From Dehalococcoidia bacterium (GTDB lineage: Bacteria; Chloroflexota; Dehalococcoidia; DSTF01; JACRBR01): a stretch of DNA of 64,000 bases. Positions 50,226-58,769 of this stretch are shown one piece after another (the first letter of the stretch is position 1; every line of letters begins with the position of its first letter). The position numbers and the translations under genes were made by a program. The stretch covers positions 183,537 to 247,536 of the forward strand of contig JADMII010000001.1 of assembly GCA_015478665.1 (NCBI GenBank), read 5' to 3'. The notes under the pieces were generated by a model, which was not told the DNA's origin, ran no database searches, and saw only the letters and a list, made by a program, of their open reading frames with translations.

Positions 50226-51590
50226 GTGGGTTCGCTGACGATCGTCGGGTTGGGGCCGGGCGACGCATCGCTGCTGACCGTCGAGGCGCGCGATGCCCTG
50301 GCGCGCAGCGCGGAGGTATGGCTGCGCACCGCGCGTCACCCGACCGTCGCCGGGCTGCCGGCGGGCCCGCGTTACGCCTCGTTCGACGAGTTGTACGACC
50401 GCCTCGACTCGTTCGAAGCCGTCTACGACGCCATCGTCGGCCGCGTGCTGGGGCTGGCCGCGCAGCCTTCCGGCGTCGTCTATGCGGTACCGGGTCATCC
50501 TCTCGTGGGCGAGGCGACGGTGCGGGGGCTGATCGAGCGCGCACCGGAGGCAGGACTGGAGGTCCGGCTCGTCGCCGGCCTCAGCTTCGTCGATACGGCG
50601 ACGGCGGCGCTCGGCATCGACCCTCTGGCGGACGGCCTCCTCGTCCTCGACGCGCTCGCCCTCGGCGGACATCGCCGGCTGCTGACGCCGGAGCGTCCGA
50701 CGCTGATCGGCCAGCTGTACGACCGGCGGACGGCGACGCAGGCGAAGCTCGCGCTCCTCGAGTCGTATCCCCCGGAGCATCGGGTGCGAGTCGTGCGGGC
50801 AAGCGGCACGGCGGAGGCGGCCGCCCGCGACGTCGTGCTGGCCGAGCTCGACCGCGGCGACGCCTTCGACCACCTGACGACGCTCTACGTGCCGCCGCTC
50901 GCCCTCACCGCAAACGTGCGTTCGTTCGAGGGTGTGCGGGCGATCGTCGCGCGGCTACGGGCGCCGGACGGGGGTTGTCCGTGGGACCTGGAACAGACGC
51001 ACGAGACGCTCAAGCGCTTTCTACTCGAAGAGGCGTACGAGGCGCTCGACGCGCTCGACGCCGGCGAGCCGCATCGCGTCGCCGACGAGCTCGGCGACCT
51101 GCTGATGCAGGTACTGTTACACGCGCAACTCGCCGAGGACGAGGGCGCGTTCGCCATCGAGGACGTGCTCGGGGCGATCGGCGCGAAGCTCGTGCGGCGG
51201 CACCCGCACGTCTTCGGCGAGACGGCGGTGAGCGGCGCGGAGGATGTCGTCCGCAACTGGGACGTGCTGAAGAAGGAGGAGCGCGGCGACCAGCCGCTGC
51301 TCGACGCCGTGCCACTGGCGCTTCCGGCGCTCGCCCAGGCGCAGGCCGTGCAGTCGCGCGCCGCGAAGGCCGGCCTCGCCGATCCTTCGACGAAACCTCC
51401 TGGCGACGCGATCGCCGCGCTGGGCGGGGCGGCGCTCACACGCGACGCGCTCGGCGATGTGCTGTTCGCCCTCGTCGCGCACGCGCGAAGCCGGGACATC
51501 GACGCCGAGGAGGCGCTACGGCTGGCGGTGCGGCGCTTCCGCCGGGCGGTGGCCGCGGCGGAGCGGGCGGCGGCGCCCGGGCGGCCGTAG
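50226..51590 (+). CDS. mazG: Tetrapyrrole-methylase/MazG fusion (YabN-like) NTP pyrophosphohydrolase
   Basis: IVGLGPGD, LRTARHP, YAVPGHP; LRAPDGGCPWD, EEAYE, ELGDLLMQV, KLVRRHPHVF. Confidence 0.9.
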   Translation: MGSLTIVGLGPGDASLLTVEARDALARSAEVWLRTARHPTVAGLPAGPRYASFDELYDRLDSFEAVYDAIVGRVLGLAAQPSGVVYAVPGHPLVGEATVRGLIERAPEAGLEVRLVAGLSFVDTATAALGIDPLADGLLVLDALALGGHRRLLTPERPTLIGQLYDRRTATQAKLALLESYPPEHRVRVVRASGTAEAAARDVVLAELDRGDAFDHLTTLYVPPLALTANVRSFEGVRAIVARLRAPDGGCPWDLEQTHETLKRFLLEEAYEALDALDAGEPHRVADELGDLLMQVLLHAQLAEDEGAFAIEDVLGAIGAKLVRRHPHVFGETAVSGAEDVVRNWDVLKKEERGDQPLLDAVPLALPALAQAQAVQSRAAKAGLADPSTKPPGDAIAALGGAALTRDALGDVLFALVAHARSRDIDAEEALRLAVRRFRRAVAAAERAAAPGRP

Positions 51591-51717
51591 GCGCCTCACG
51601 ATAACCGGCGCGGGCGGTAACCGGGCCTCCAGGACTGCTCTCGTCGGGGCCTGGCGCGTCATCGCCCCGCCGCGGCGCGACAGAATCACTGCCCATCTAC
51701 ACGCAGCAGCGGTCGCG

Positions 51718-51747
51718 TTGAGGCGGCCGATCCGTGCATGTTAGACT
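51718..51747 (+). promoter_or_regulatory. Promoter of tRNA-Gln/tRNA-Glu operon
   Basis: TTGAGG-18nt-TAGACT just upstream of tRNA-Gln. Confidence 0.55.
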
Positions 51748-51758
51748 TGTGTGACCGC

Positions 51759-51832
51759 TGGGGATTCGTCTAATGGTAGGACAGCGGATTCTGGATCCGT
51801 ATGTGGGGGTTCGAATCCTCCATCCCCAGCCA
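51759..51832 (+). tRNA. tRNA-Gln(CTG)
   Basis: Acceptor TGGGGAT/ATCCCCA, anticodon arm GCGGA-TTCTGGA-TCCGT, GGTTCGAATCC, encoded CCA. Confidence 0.97.
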
Positions 51833-51835
51833 TCC

Positions 51836-51912
51836 GGCGCATTCGTCTAGCGGCCCAGGACATCGCCCTCTCAAGGCGAAGATCGCGGGTTCGAATCCCG
51901 CATGCGCTACCA
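51836..51912 (+). tRNA. tRNA-Glu(CTC)
   Basis: Acceptor GGCGCAT/ATGCGCT, anticodon arm TCGCC-CTCTCAA-GGCGA, GGTTCGAATCC, encoded CCA. Confidence 0.97.
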
Positions 51913-51925
51913 ACAAGCATCGAGC

Positions 51926-51955
51926 GCCCCGCCGGCCGGTGGGGCTTCGTCGTTT
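51926..51955 (+). terminator. Probable intrinsic terminator after tRNAs
   Basis: GCCCCGCC-ggcc-GGTGGGGC hairpin followed by TTCGTCGTTT. Confidence 0.6.
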
Positions 51956-51965
51956 GGAGACAGCG

Positions 51966-52334
51966 ATGGCGGACGTGAAGCGCGGCGCTTCGGGGAAGCC
52001 TCGGCCGGCGGCGACGGCCGACGACGCCGGGGCGCGCTTCGCCGAGACCGCGGCGGCGTTTCGGCGCAGGCGCGGCGTCACCAAGAAACGGATGTTCAGC
52101 ACCGAGAACGCGCTCGCCATCCACGGCAAGATCTTCGCGATGCTGACGCCGAAGGGCGCATTCGTCGTGAAGCTGCCTCAGGCGCGCGTCGATGCGCTGG
52201 TCGCCGACGGCTGCGGCGAGCGCTTCGGGCCCGGGGCGCGGAAGATGAAGGAATGGGTGGCGGTCGCGCCGGACGCCGGCGGCTGGGCGGAGCTGGCGCG
52301 CGAGGCGTACGCCTTCGTGAAGGCGGGCGCCTGA
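51966..52334 (+). CDS. TfoX-N / YjbR-MmcQ-like small protein
   Basis: KRMF....L..HGKIFAML, VVKLP..RVDALV, MKEWV; SD GGAG. Confidence 0.75.
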   Translation: MADVKRGASGKPRPAATADDAGARFAETAAAFRRRRGVTKKRMFSTENALAIHGKIFAMLTPKGAFVVKLPQARVDALVADGCGERFGPGARKMKEWVAVAPDAGGWAELAREAYAFVKAGA

Positions 52335-52343
52335 CGTTCGCGG

Positions 52344-54464
52344 TCAGGCCGGCCAGCGGCTGCTGATCAGCACGTCGATGTCGTCGGTCGCCTCCTGGAT
52401 CTCGACGCGCGTGTCGTTGCCCTCGCGGCGGTACTGCAGGGTGACGCTGCCGCCGCCGATGCGCAGGTTGCGCACCTGCACGGTGTTGAGCCAGTAGGGC
52501 AGCTTCGGGTTGACGATGCGCAGACGCTTCTCCGCCGCCTCCGGCTTGAGTCCGAGGATCGCCTGCGTGATCAACGGGAAGGCGCCGGCGGCCCAGGCCT
52601 GCGGGCGGCAGGCGACGGGATACGGCACGGGCGCGTGGTGGGCGGAGCGCATCTCGCCGCCGAAGAGCTCCGGTAATCGGAAGTAGGGGAACGACGCGGC
52701 GGCATCGAAGAGGGCCGTCGCCACTTCGTTCAGCTCGTCCTCGAAGCCGTACATCTTGAAGCCCATCGCGGCGATGCTGTTGTCGTGCGGCCATACCGAG
52801 CCGAGGTGATAGCCGATCGGGTTGAAGCGCGGGTTGCCGCCGCTCAGCGTGCGCAAACCCCAGCCGCTGAACATGTCGTTCTCCATCAGCCGGCCGATCG
52901 TCTCGCTGGCGTGCATGGGGTCGATGATGCCGGTCCAGAGCCCATGCGCCGGGTTGGACGTCGTGGATTCGACGGCCTTCCGGTCGCCATCGAGGGCGAG
53001 GGCGAAGAAGCGGCGGCCGGGCAGCCAGAAGTCGCGGTTGAAGTGCTGCTGAAGGCGCCGGGCGTCGCGACGGAGGCGCGTGGCCAGCTTGCCCTCGCCC
53101 ACCTTGTCGAGCACAGGCGCGAGCCAGGCGCGCGCGGCGTAGGCATAGCCCTGCACCTCGGCGAGGGCGATAGGGGCGCGCGCGAGGCTCCCGTTGACGT
53201 GGACGACGGCGTCCCAGGAGTCCTTCCAGCCCTGGTTGACGAGACCCTTCGCGGAGCGCTTGGCGTATTCCAGGTAGCCGTCGCCCGTCGTGTCGCCATA
53301 GACGTCCATCCACGTGATCGCGCGGCGGACGGCCGGCAGCAGCTCGCGCACGAGCCGCAGGTCGCCGGTCCAGTCGTAGTAAAGCGCCAGCAACATGAGG
53401 AAGAGCGGCGTCGCATCGATGCTGCCGTAGTAGGGGTTGTAGGGCAGCTCGCCGGCGCGCGAGAGCTCGTCGAAGCGCAGCTCGTGCAGGATCTTGCCCG
53501 GCTCCTCGTCGCGCGCGCGGTCGATGTCGGCGCCCTGCCAGCGGGCGAGCAGGCGCAGGGTGGAGCGGGCGATGTCCGGACGGTAGGCCAGCAGCTGCAT
53601 CGAGACGATGCAGCTGTCGCGGCCGAAGAGCGCATCGAACCAGGGCGTGCCGGCGGCGAGGAACCATTCGCCCTCGTCGTTCTCGCTCGACAGCATGCGG
53701 ATGTCGTGCAGCGAGCGGGCCATGACGCGGTTGAAGAACTCGTTGTCGGTGAAGACCTGCGTCGCGCCTTCCGTCCAGCGCCGGTACTGCTCGGCGACGG
53801 CATCGAGGCGGTCGGCGCGCGGCAGGCGCTTCGACGGAGCGTTCAGGACGATGCGCGTGCGCATGGTGACGGTCTCTCGCCGTTCGAGGCGCACGTGGAA
53901 GAGCGCGCTCCGCTCGTCGACCTTGCCCGGGCTTCGGTCGAACTCGATGCGGGTGGTGCGGTTGCGGCCGTCGATCCCTGTATAGGCGTAGAGGATGGAG
54001 CGCTCGCCGATCTCTGGCGGGTGCTGCGCTCCCTGCGTCGCGCGCTCGTAGCCGCGGACGTCGAAGATGTCAGCGAAGTCGGCGTCAAACTCGTAGAGGA
54101 GGTCGAGGGTGATCGGGAACGGGTTGAAGTTCGTGATCCGGACGAGTTCCTCGACGATGTCGGAGATGACGAGCTGACGCCGGATCTCGGTGCTGCTCTG
54201 GCCGATGCGCCGTCCGTCGGCGGTGACGATCACCGGGTTCGTCATCACCTGCTCCATCGCGTAGCCGAGCTCGGCGGTCGAGAGGAGCATGACGGGCGGC
54301 GTGCCATTGAGCGTGAGGCGATAGGTCGAGAGGTGACGTGTGTCGGCGTGGTAGAGGCCGAGGCCCTGGCGGCTGCCGGCGGGGACGTTGCCATCGGCGT
54401 CGGTGATCAGCGCGGAGCCGCGCTCGCGGATGATGAGGACATCGCGGATGTCCTCGATGCCCAT
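52344..54464 (-). CDS. Amylo-alpha-1,6-glucosidase-like (GDE_C) glycoside hydrolase; true start may be upstream
   Basis: AAGTPWFDALFGRDS, EEPGKILHELR, YYGSIDATPLF, NQGWKDS, YHLGSVWPHDN, RLPELF, ACRPQAWA. Confidence 0.92.
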   Translation of the reverse strand: MGIEDIRDVLIIRERGSALITDADGNVPAGSRQGLGLYHADTRHLSTYRLTLNGTPPVMLLSTAELGYAMEQVMTNPVIVTADGRRIGQSSTEIRRQLVISDIVEELVRITNFNPFPITLDLLYEFDADFADIFDVRGYERATQGAQHPPEIGERSILYAYTGIDGRNRTTRIEFDRSPGKVDERSALFHVRLERRETVTMRTRIVLNAPSKRLPRADRLDAVAEQYRRWTEGATQVFTDNEFFNRVMARSLHDIRMLSSENDEGEWFLAAGTPWFDALFGRDSCIVSMQLLAYRPDIARSTLRLLARWQGADIDRARDEEPGKILHELRFDELSRAGELPYNPYYGSIDATPLFLMLLALYYDWTGDLRLVRELLPAVRRAITWMDVYGDTTGDGYLEYAKRSAKGLVNQGWKDSWDAVVHVNGSLARAPIALAEVQGYAYAARAWLAPVLDKVGEGKLATRLRRDARRLQQHFNRDFWLPGRRFFALALDGDRKAVESTTSNPAHGLWTGIIDPMHASETIGRLMENDMFSGWGLRTLSGGNPRFNPIGYHLGSVWPHDNSIAAMGFKMYGFEDELNEVATALFDAAASFPYFRLPELFGGEMRSAHHAPVPYPVACRPQAWAAGAFPLITQAILGLKPEAAEKRLRIVNPKLPYWLNTVQVRNLRIGGGSVTLQYRREGNDTRVEIQEATDDIDVLISSRWPA

Positions 54465-54555
54465 CGGCTCGCCCTCGGGGAGGACGTACCAGTCTTCTTC
54501 CGGGGCCTGCTCGGGCTCTACGTTCGTCGCGGCGTTCTCCCTCGGCGGGCGTCGG

Positions 54556-55251
54556 CTACCGTACAGCGCGCAGTGGGGCGACGCGGATGTTGTTCATCAC
54601 ATCGGACACGCGCTCGTACCAGCGCACGAGCTCCTCGACCGCGTCCCGCTGTTGCGCCGTGGCGACGGCGCCATCGAGCGAGACGACGCCACGATTGTAG
54701 CGCACGATGATCTCGCCGTGCGGGAGCGTCACCGAGTACTGGATGTACCGCGACAGGCCGTCGGCGAAGTCGCCGTCGTCCTCGTCCGGTCCAGGGACCG
54801 TGACCTGGTTGTGGACGTGCATGACGCCCGGCGCCTGCCAGGCCGCCGCCTCAATCTCCGCGCGCTCGCTCTCGCTCGATGCGATGCCGCCGATGTACGT
54901 GTCCCCCGAATCGACATGGGCGCTGATCCGCCCGCTGGCGCCAGGCACGGCGCGGCCGATCGCCGCTTCGACGGCGCGCGTCACGTCGGCGTCGCTGGCG
55001 ACGCCCTGCGCCACCCGAAGCTCGTTGACGACGGCGACGCCCGGCATCGCTTCGGTGACCCGGCGGCCGGCGAGCTGCTTTGTCCTGTAGCAGGCGGCGA
55101 TGCCGCGCAGGTACAGGCGTCCGGCGACCAGTTCGACGACCACCTCGTCGATGTCGAGGCCTGCCATCGCCTGGAGCGCCTGCTCGTGCGCGGCGCCGGG
55201 CCTGAACGTCATCATCGTCGTTCGGTCGTTCGTGACGGGACTGTTTCTCAT
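54556..55251 (-). CDS. Multi-BON-domain protein
   Basis: Three repeats ending PGV..V.N.L/I.V; GVVSLDGAV; ATGA overlap with upstream glycosyltransferase. Confidence 0.85.
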   Translation of the reverse strand: MRNSPVTNDRTTMMTFRPGAAHEQALQAMAGLDIDEVVVELVAGRLYLRGIAACYRTKQLAGRRVTEAMPGVAVVNELRVAQGVASDADVTRAVEAAIGRAVPGASGRISAHVDSGDTYIGGIASSESERAEIEAAAWQAPGVMHVHNQVTVPGPDEDDGDFADGLSRYIQYSVTLPHGEIIVRYNRGVVSLDGAVATAQQRDAVEELVRWYERVSDVMNNIRVAPLRAVR

Positions 55252-56375
55252 GACGCTGACCTCGATGTCGCTACGGTCGCCGGCATGCCGTCGCGCGCCG
55301 GGAGAGCTGGCCGGATCAGCGGCCGCGCGACCGTCGCGGGACGCCGTCCGCTGACGATCTGCTCGTAGACGTGGACGTAGCGCGCGGCCATGATCGCCGG
55401 CGAGAAGTGCTGGCGGACATGGTCGCGGCAGGCGTACGGGTCGATCGTGTCGATGGCGCGTACGGCGTCCACCATCTCGTCGACGTCCTGGACGACGAAG
55501 CCGGTGCGGCCGTGGACGATGACTTCGGGCACGCTGCCGCGGTCGAATGCGACGACGGGCGTGCCGCAGGCCATCGCTTCCGGCATCACGAGGCCAAACG
55601 GCTCCCGCCACGTGATCGGCATCAGCAGGCACCTGGCGTTCGCGTACAACTCGCGTTTGCGACGGGCGTCTGCCTCGCCGACGAAGACGATCTGATCGCC
55701 GTCGATGAGGTCCTTCACGACCTCCTCGAAGAACTGCCGGTCGTAGCGGTCGACCTTCCCGGCGAGGATCAGCCGGCGACCGGTGCGCTTCGCCACCTCG
55801 ATGGCGTACTGCGGGCCCTTCTCCGGAGCCAGGCGGCTGAGGAAGAGGAGGTCGTCGCCCTTGGCCGGCTGGAACGGGAAGGTGTCGACATCGACGGCGT
55901 TGTAGACGTAACCCCTGGCGCCGGCGCGCGGCGCGACTTCGGCGAAGTGGGCCTGCTGCCAGCGGCTGATCGTGTTGTAGTGGCCTCGGTAGCGCGCCCA
56001 GATGAAGCCGGTGTCGGGCGTCGTCATGCAGTGGGTCGTCGTCAGCATTGGCGTCTGAATCAGGGCGGCCATCGCCATCACGAGCTCGCCCGCGTGGTTG
56101 TGGACGACATCGAACTCGCCGGCATGCGCGAGCGCGGCGCCGATGTGCGTCCAGTCGTACGGGTTGCGGTCGACGAGGTCTTCGGCGCGGCGCAGGCTGC
56201 GGCCATAGACGGAGAGCAGCCTCGCTGAGGTGGTGGAATCGCCGGAGGCGGCGAGTGTGACGTCGTGCCCGAGCCGCACGAGCTCTTCAGTGAGCAGGCT
56301 CACCACCGCCTCGGTGCCGCCGTACGCCGGCGGCGGTACGGTCTCCCAGAGGGGCGCCAGCTGCAGGATGCGCAT
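55248..56375 (-). CDS. GT4 glycosyltransferase
   Basis: APLWETVPP.AYGGTE, LFLSRLAPEKG, WREPFGLVMPEAMACGTPV. Confidence 0.93.
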   Translation of the reverse strand: MRILQLAPLWETVPPPAYGGTEAVVSLLTEELVRLGHDVTLAASGDSTTSARLLSVYGRSLRRAEDLVDRNPYDWTHIGAALAHAGEFDVVHNHAGELVMAMAALIQTPMLTTTHCMTTPDTGFIWARYRGHYNTISRWQQAHFAEVAPRAGARGYVYNAVDVDTFPFQPAKGDDLLFLSRLAPEKGPQYAIEVAKRTGRRLILAGKVDRYDRQFFEEVVKDLIDGDQIVFVGEADARRKRELYANARCLLMPITWREPFGLVMPEAMACGTPVVAFDRGSVPEVIVHGRTGFVVQDVDEMVDAVRAIDTIDPYACRDHVRQHFSPAIMAARYVHVYEQIVSGRRPATVARPLIRPALPARDGMPATVATSRSAS

Positions 56376-56647
56376 TCGTGGATCTCCTGGAATACGCGAC
56401 GCCAGAACGCCGGAGCAGTCTCCCCGACGTTCTCTCGTCCCGTATGCATTTTTCGTTCGAAGGGACGGTGCGAGGGCCCGTGCGGTACCTCTGCTCTGTA
56501 TGTACCACTGTTGGCCGTGGGTTGACAACCGGGCAACATCGGGAGCCAAGCGGAGCATCGGCGGCTGTCACGCAGATGTAATGCCGTAGCGGCTCTTCGC
56601 AACGGGACTATGTACGCGGACGCGCGCCGCCACGGTACGCTGACTCT

Positions 56648-57244
56648 GTGCCCGGCCCGCTGTTCACGATCGGCCATTCCACGCGCACGCTCGCGGACTT
56701 CGTCGCGCTGCTGCGGGCGTGGCACGTCGATGCCGTCGCCGACGTGCGGACGGTGCCGCGCTCGCGTCACAACCCGCAGTTCGAAGGCGCCGAGCTGGCG
56801 CGGACGCTCCCCGCCGCCGGCATCGCCTACGTCCGGATGCCGGCGCTCGGCGGCTGGCGCAGGCCGAAGGCCGACTCGACGAACACGGGCTGGCGCGTCG
56901 CATCGTTTCGCGGCTACGCCGACCACATGGAGACCGATGACTTTCGCGCCGGCATCGAGGCGCTGCTGGCATACGCCGACGGTCGTCGCGTCGCCGTGAT
57001 GTGCGCCGAGGCGGTGCCATGGCGCTGCCACCGCTCGCTGATCGCCGATGCGCTCGTGGCGCGCGGCTGTGAGGTACGGGACATCATGAGCGCGACGGCC
57101 GCGCCGGAGCACCGGCTGCCGGCGTTCGCGCGCGTCGAGCGGGATCGCGTGCGCTATCCAGCGCCGGCGGACGGGGCGACGCACCCTCCCCCACGCCGCG
57201 ACGGCGGACCGCGAGCGGCGGCGGGCGCTGATCGCCATCGATAG
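56648..57244 (+). CDS. DUF488-family protein
   Basis: FTIGHSTR, DVRTVPRSR.NPQF, LGGWR, FRGYADHM, MCAEAVPWRCHRSLIAD. Confidence 0.92.
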   Translation: MPGPLFTIGHSTRTLADFVALLRAWHVDAVADVRTVPRSRHNPQFEGAELARTLPAAGIAYVRMPALGGWRRPKADSTNTGWRVASFRGYADHMETDDFRAGIEALLAYADGRRVAVMCAEAVPWRCHRSLIADALVARGCEVRDIMSATAAPEHRLPAFARVERDRVRYPAPADGATHPPPRRDGGPRAAAGADRHR

Positions 57245-57253
57245 ACTGAGCGT

Positions 57254-58261
57254 GTGATCCGCGATCTGGACTTCCGCGACAAGGGCATGGACCGCTACGT
57301 CCGGCGCGCGGCCGAAGACATGGCCAAGGCGCGAGACGAACTCATGTCGGCGCTCGGCCGGATCACGGACGGTGACTGGGCTCGCTACGTCCCGTACGGC
57401 TCGCGGACGCTGCACGACGTGCTCTCGCACCTCGCGACGGCCGACCAGACGTGGGCGCTGGCGACGCGCGAGCTGCTGAAGGGCGAGGCGGAGGATCTGA
57501 AGCCGCGCTCCCCGGAAGCGCTGCAGGTGGCGCGCCAGCGGGCGATCGCCCGCGGACGCACGCAGGCGCCGGCGGCGCTCGTGGACGAGATGGTGCGACG
57601 GCGACGGCTGCTGCTCGGGCTGTACGAACTGCTCGAGCCCCGGCACCTGGCGCTGCAGCTGCCGGCGTTCGGCGACGCGCACAACTCCGTCCGCGAGCAC
57701 ATCTGGCTCGGCTACCACGACCGTCTGCACGCGGCGGACATCCGGCGGGCGCTGCGGCTGCAGTGGTACCCGCCGAAGCTGCGCCTGCTACCGGAGCTCC
57801 GCGATGCCGCCGACGCGCGTTCGTCCGACGCGACGCTGTACGTGGTCTACAGCATCGACCCCATGCGGTGGGAGCACCCGTCGCCGGTGCTCGGCTGGTC
57901 GAACCGCGAGCTGCTGGCGCATCTCGCCACCGGAGACTGGGTGCTGCAGCAACAACTGCGGCACGTCATCGAGCGCGGTAGCCTCGCCGCGTGGCCGGAT
58001 GTCGACGCCGGGAACGCCCAGCGCGTCCACGAGCGGCGGTTCTCGACGCACGCGGCACTCGTCGAGGAGTATCTCTCAATGCGGCACGAGACGCGGCTGC
58101 TGCTGGCGCGGCTGAAGCCGAAGCAGCTCGGACTGGCGACCAGCTTCTGGTGGGAGGCGCAGCCAAACGCACACACGCTGATCGAGTACGTGGAGCACGT
58201 CCCGGCGCACGAGCGCGCGCACCGCGAGCAGCTGCGGCCGGCGATGGCCTACGTGCGATGA
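57254..58261 (+). CDS. Tandem DinB/MDMPI-superfamily (thiol S-transferase-like) protein
   Basis: Domain 1 TLHDVLSHL...HDRLH; domain 2 WSNRELLAHL...HERAH. Confidence 0.75.
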   Translation: MIRDLDFRDKGMDRYVRRAAEDMAKARDELMSALGRITDGDWARYVPYGSRTLHDVLSHLATADQTWALATRELLKGEAEDLKPRSPEALQVARQRAIARGRTQAPAALVDEMVRRRRLLLGLYELLEPRHLALQLPAFGDAHNSVREHIWLGYHDRLHAADIRRALRLQWYPPKLRLLPELRDAADARSSDATLYVVYSIDPMRWEHPSPVLGWSNRELLAHLATGDWVLQQQLRHVIERGSLAAWPDVDAGNAQRVHERRFSTHAALVEEYLSMRHETRLLLARLKPKQLGLATSFWWEAQPNAHTLIEYVEHVPAHERAHREQLRPAMAYVR

Positions 58262-58274
58262 GCGAGGCGCACTG

Positions 58275-58685
58275 ATGCCGCTGTTCCGACGCAAGCCAAC
58301 ACCACCACCCACGCTCGACATCGACCTTCCGGCCGGCGAGGTGTACGAACGCGGCGCGCAGGCGACGATGCTGCAGGGCAAGACGGCGATGCGCGGGACG
58401 CTGTACATGACGGACCGCCGGCTCTTGTTCCAGGCGCAGAAGGGGGAAGCGCGCTGGCTCACGGTGCCCTTCGACGAGGTGCGGTCAGCGGGGCTCTACG
58501 CACCGCCGCGGGTGACGATGGGCGCGCCGGGCGGCGGCGCGCCGAGCCTGTTCATCGAGACGACGAAGGGCGAGCACGTCTGGTGGTCGTTCGACGGCAG
58601 GGAGCAGGAGGCATGGCTGACGATCGTGCGCGAGCGTGCAGCCGCGGCCGAACGGGAGCGGGCGTCGGAGGACGACGGCTCGTGA
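58275..58685 (+). CDS. PH-fold (GRAM/bacterial PH-like) protein
   Basis: RGTLYMTDRRLLF..LTVPFDEV; C-terminal W-containing helix. Confidence 0.65.
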   Translation: MPLFRRKPTPPPTLDIDLPAGEVYERGAQATMLQGKTAMRGTLYMTDRRLLFQAQKGEARWLTVPFDEVRSAGLYAPPRVTMGAPGGGAPSLFIETTKGEHVWWSFDGREQEAWLTIVRERAAAAERERASEDDGS

Positions 58686-58769
58686 CGGTCCGAAGCGCGG
58701 CCGCCGGTCGGAGGCGGCGCCTGGCAACGTGAACCGGTGAGGCGCGGCGAGCTGCCCTGGAGGCAGGCG

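Noticed and set aside
56376-56520. c-di-GMP-I or other riboswitch in the GT4 leader
   Set aside because: A hairpin is present but the conserved GEMM core and tetraloop-receptor pattern are absent.
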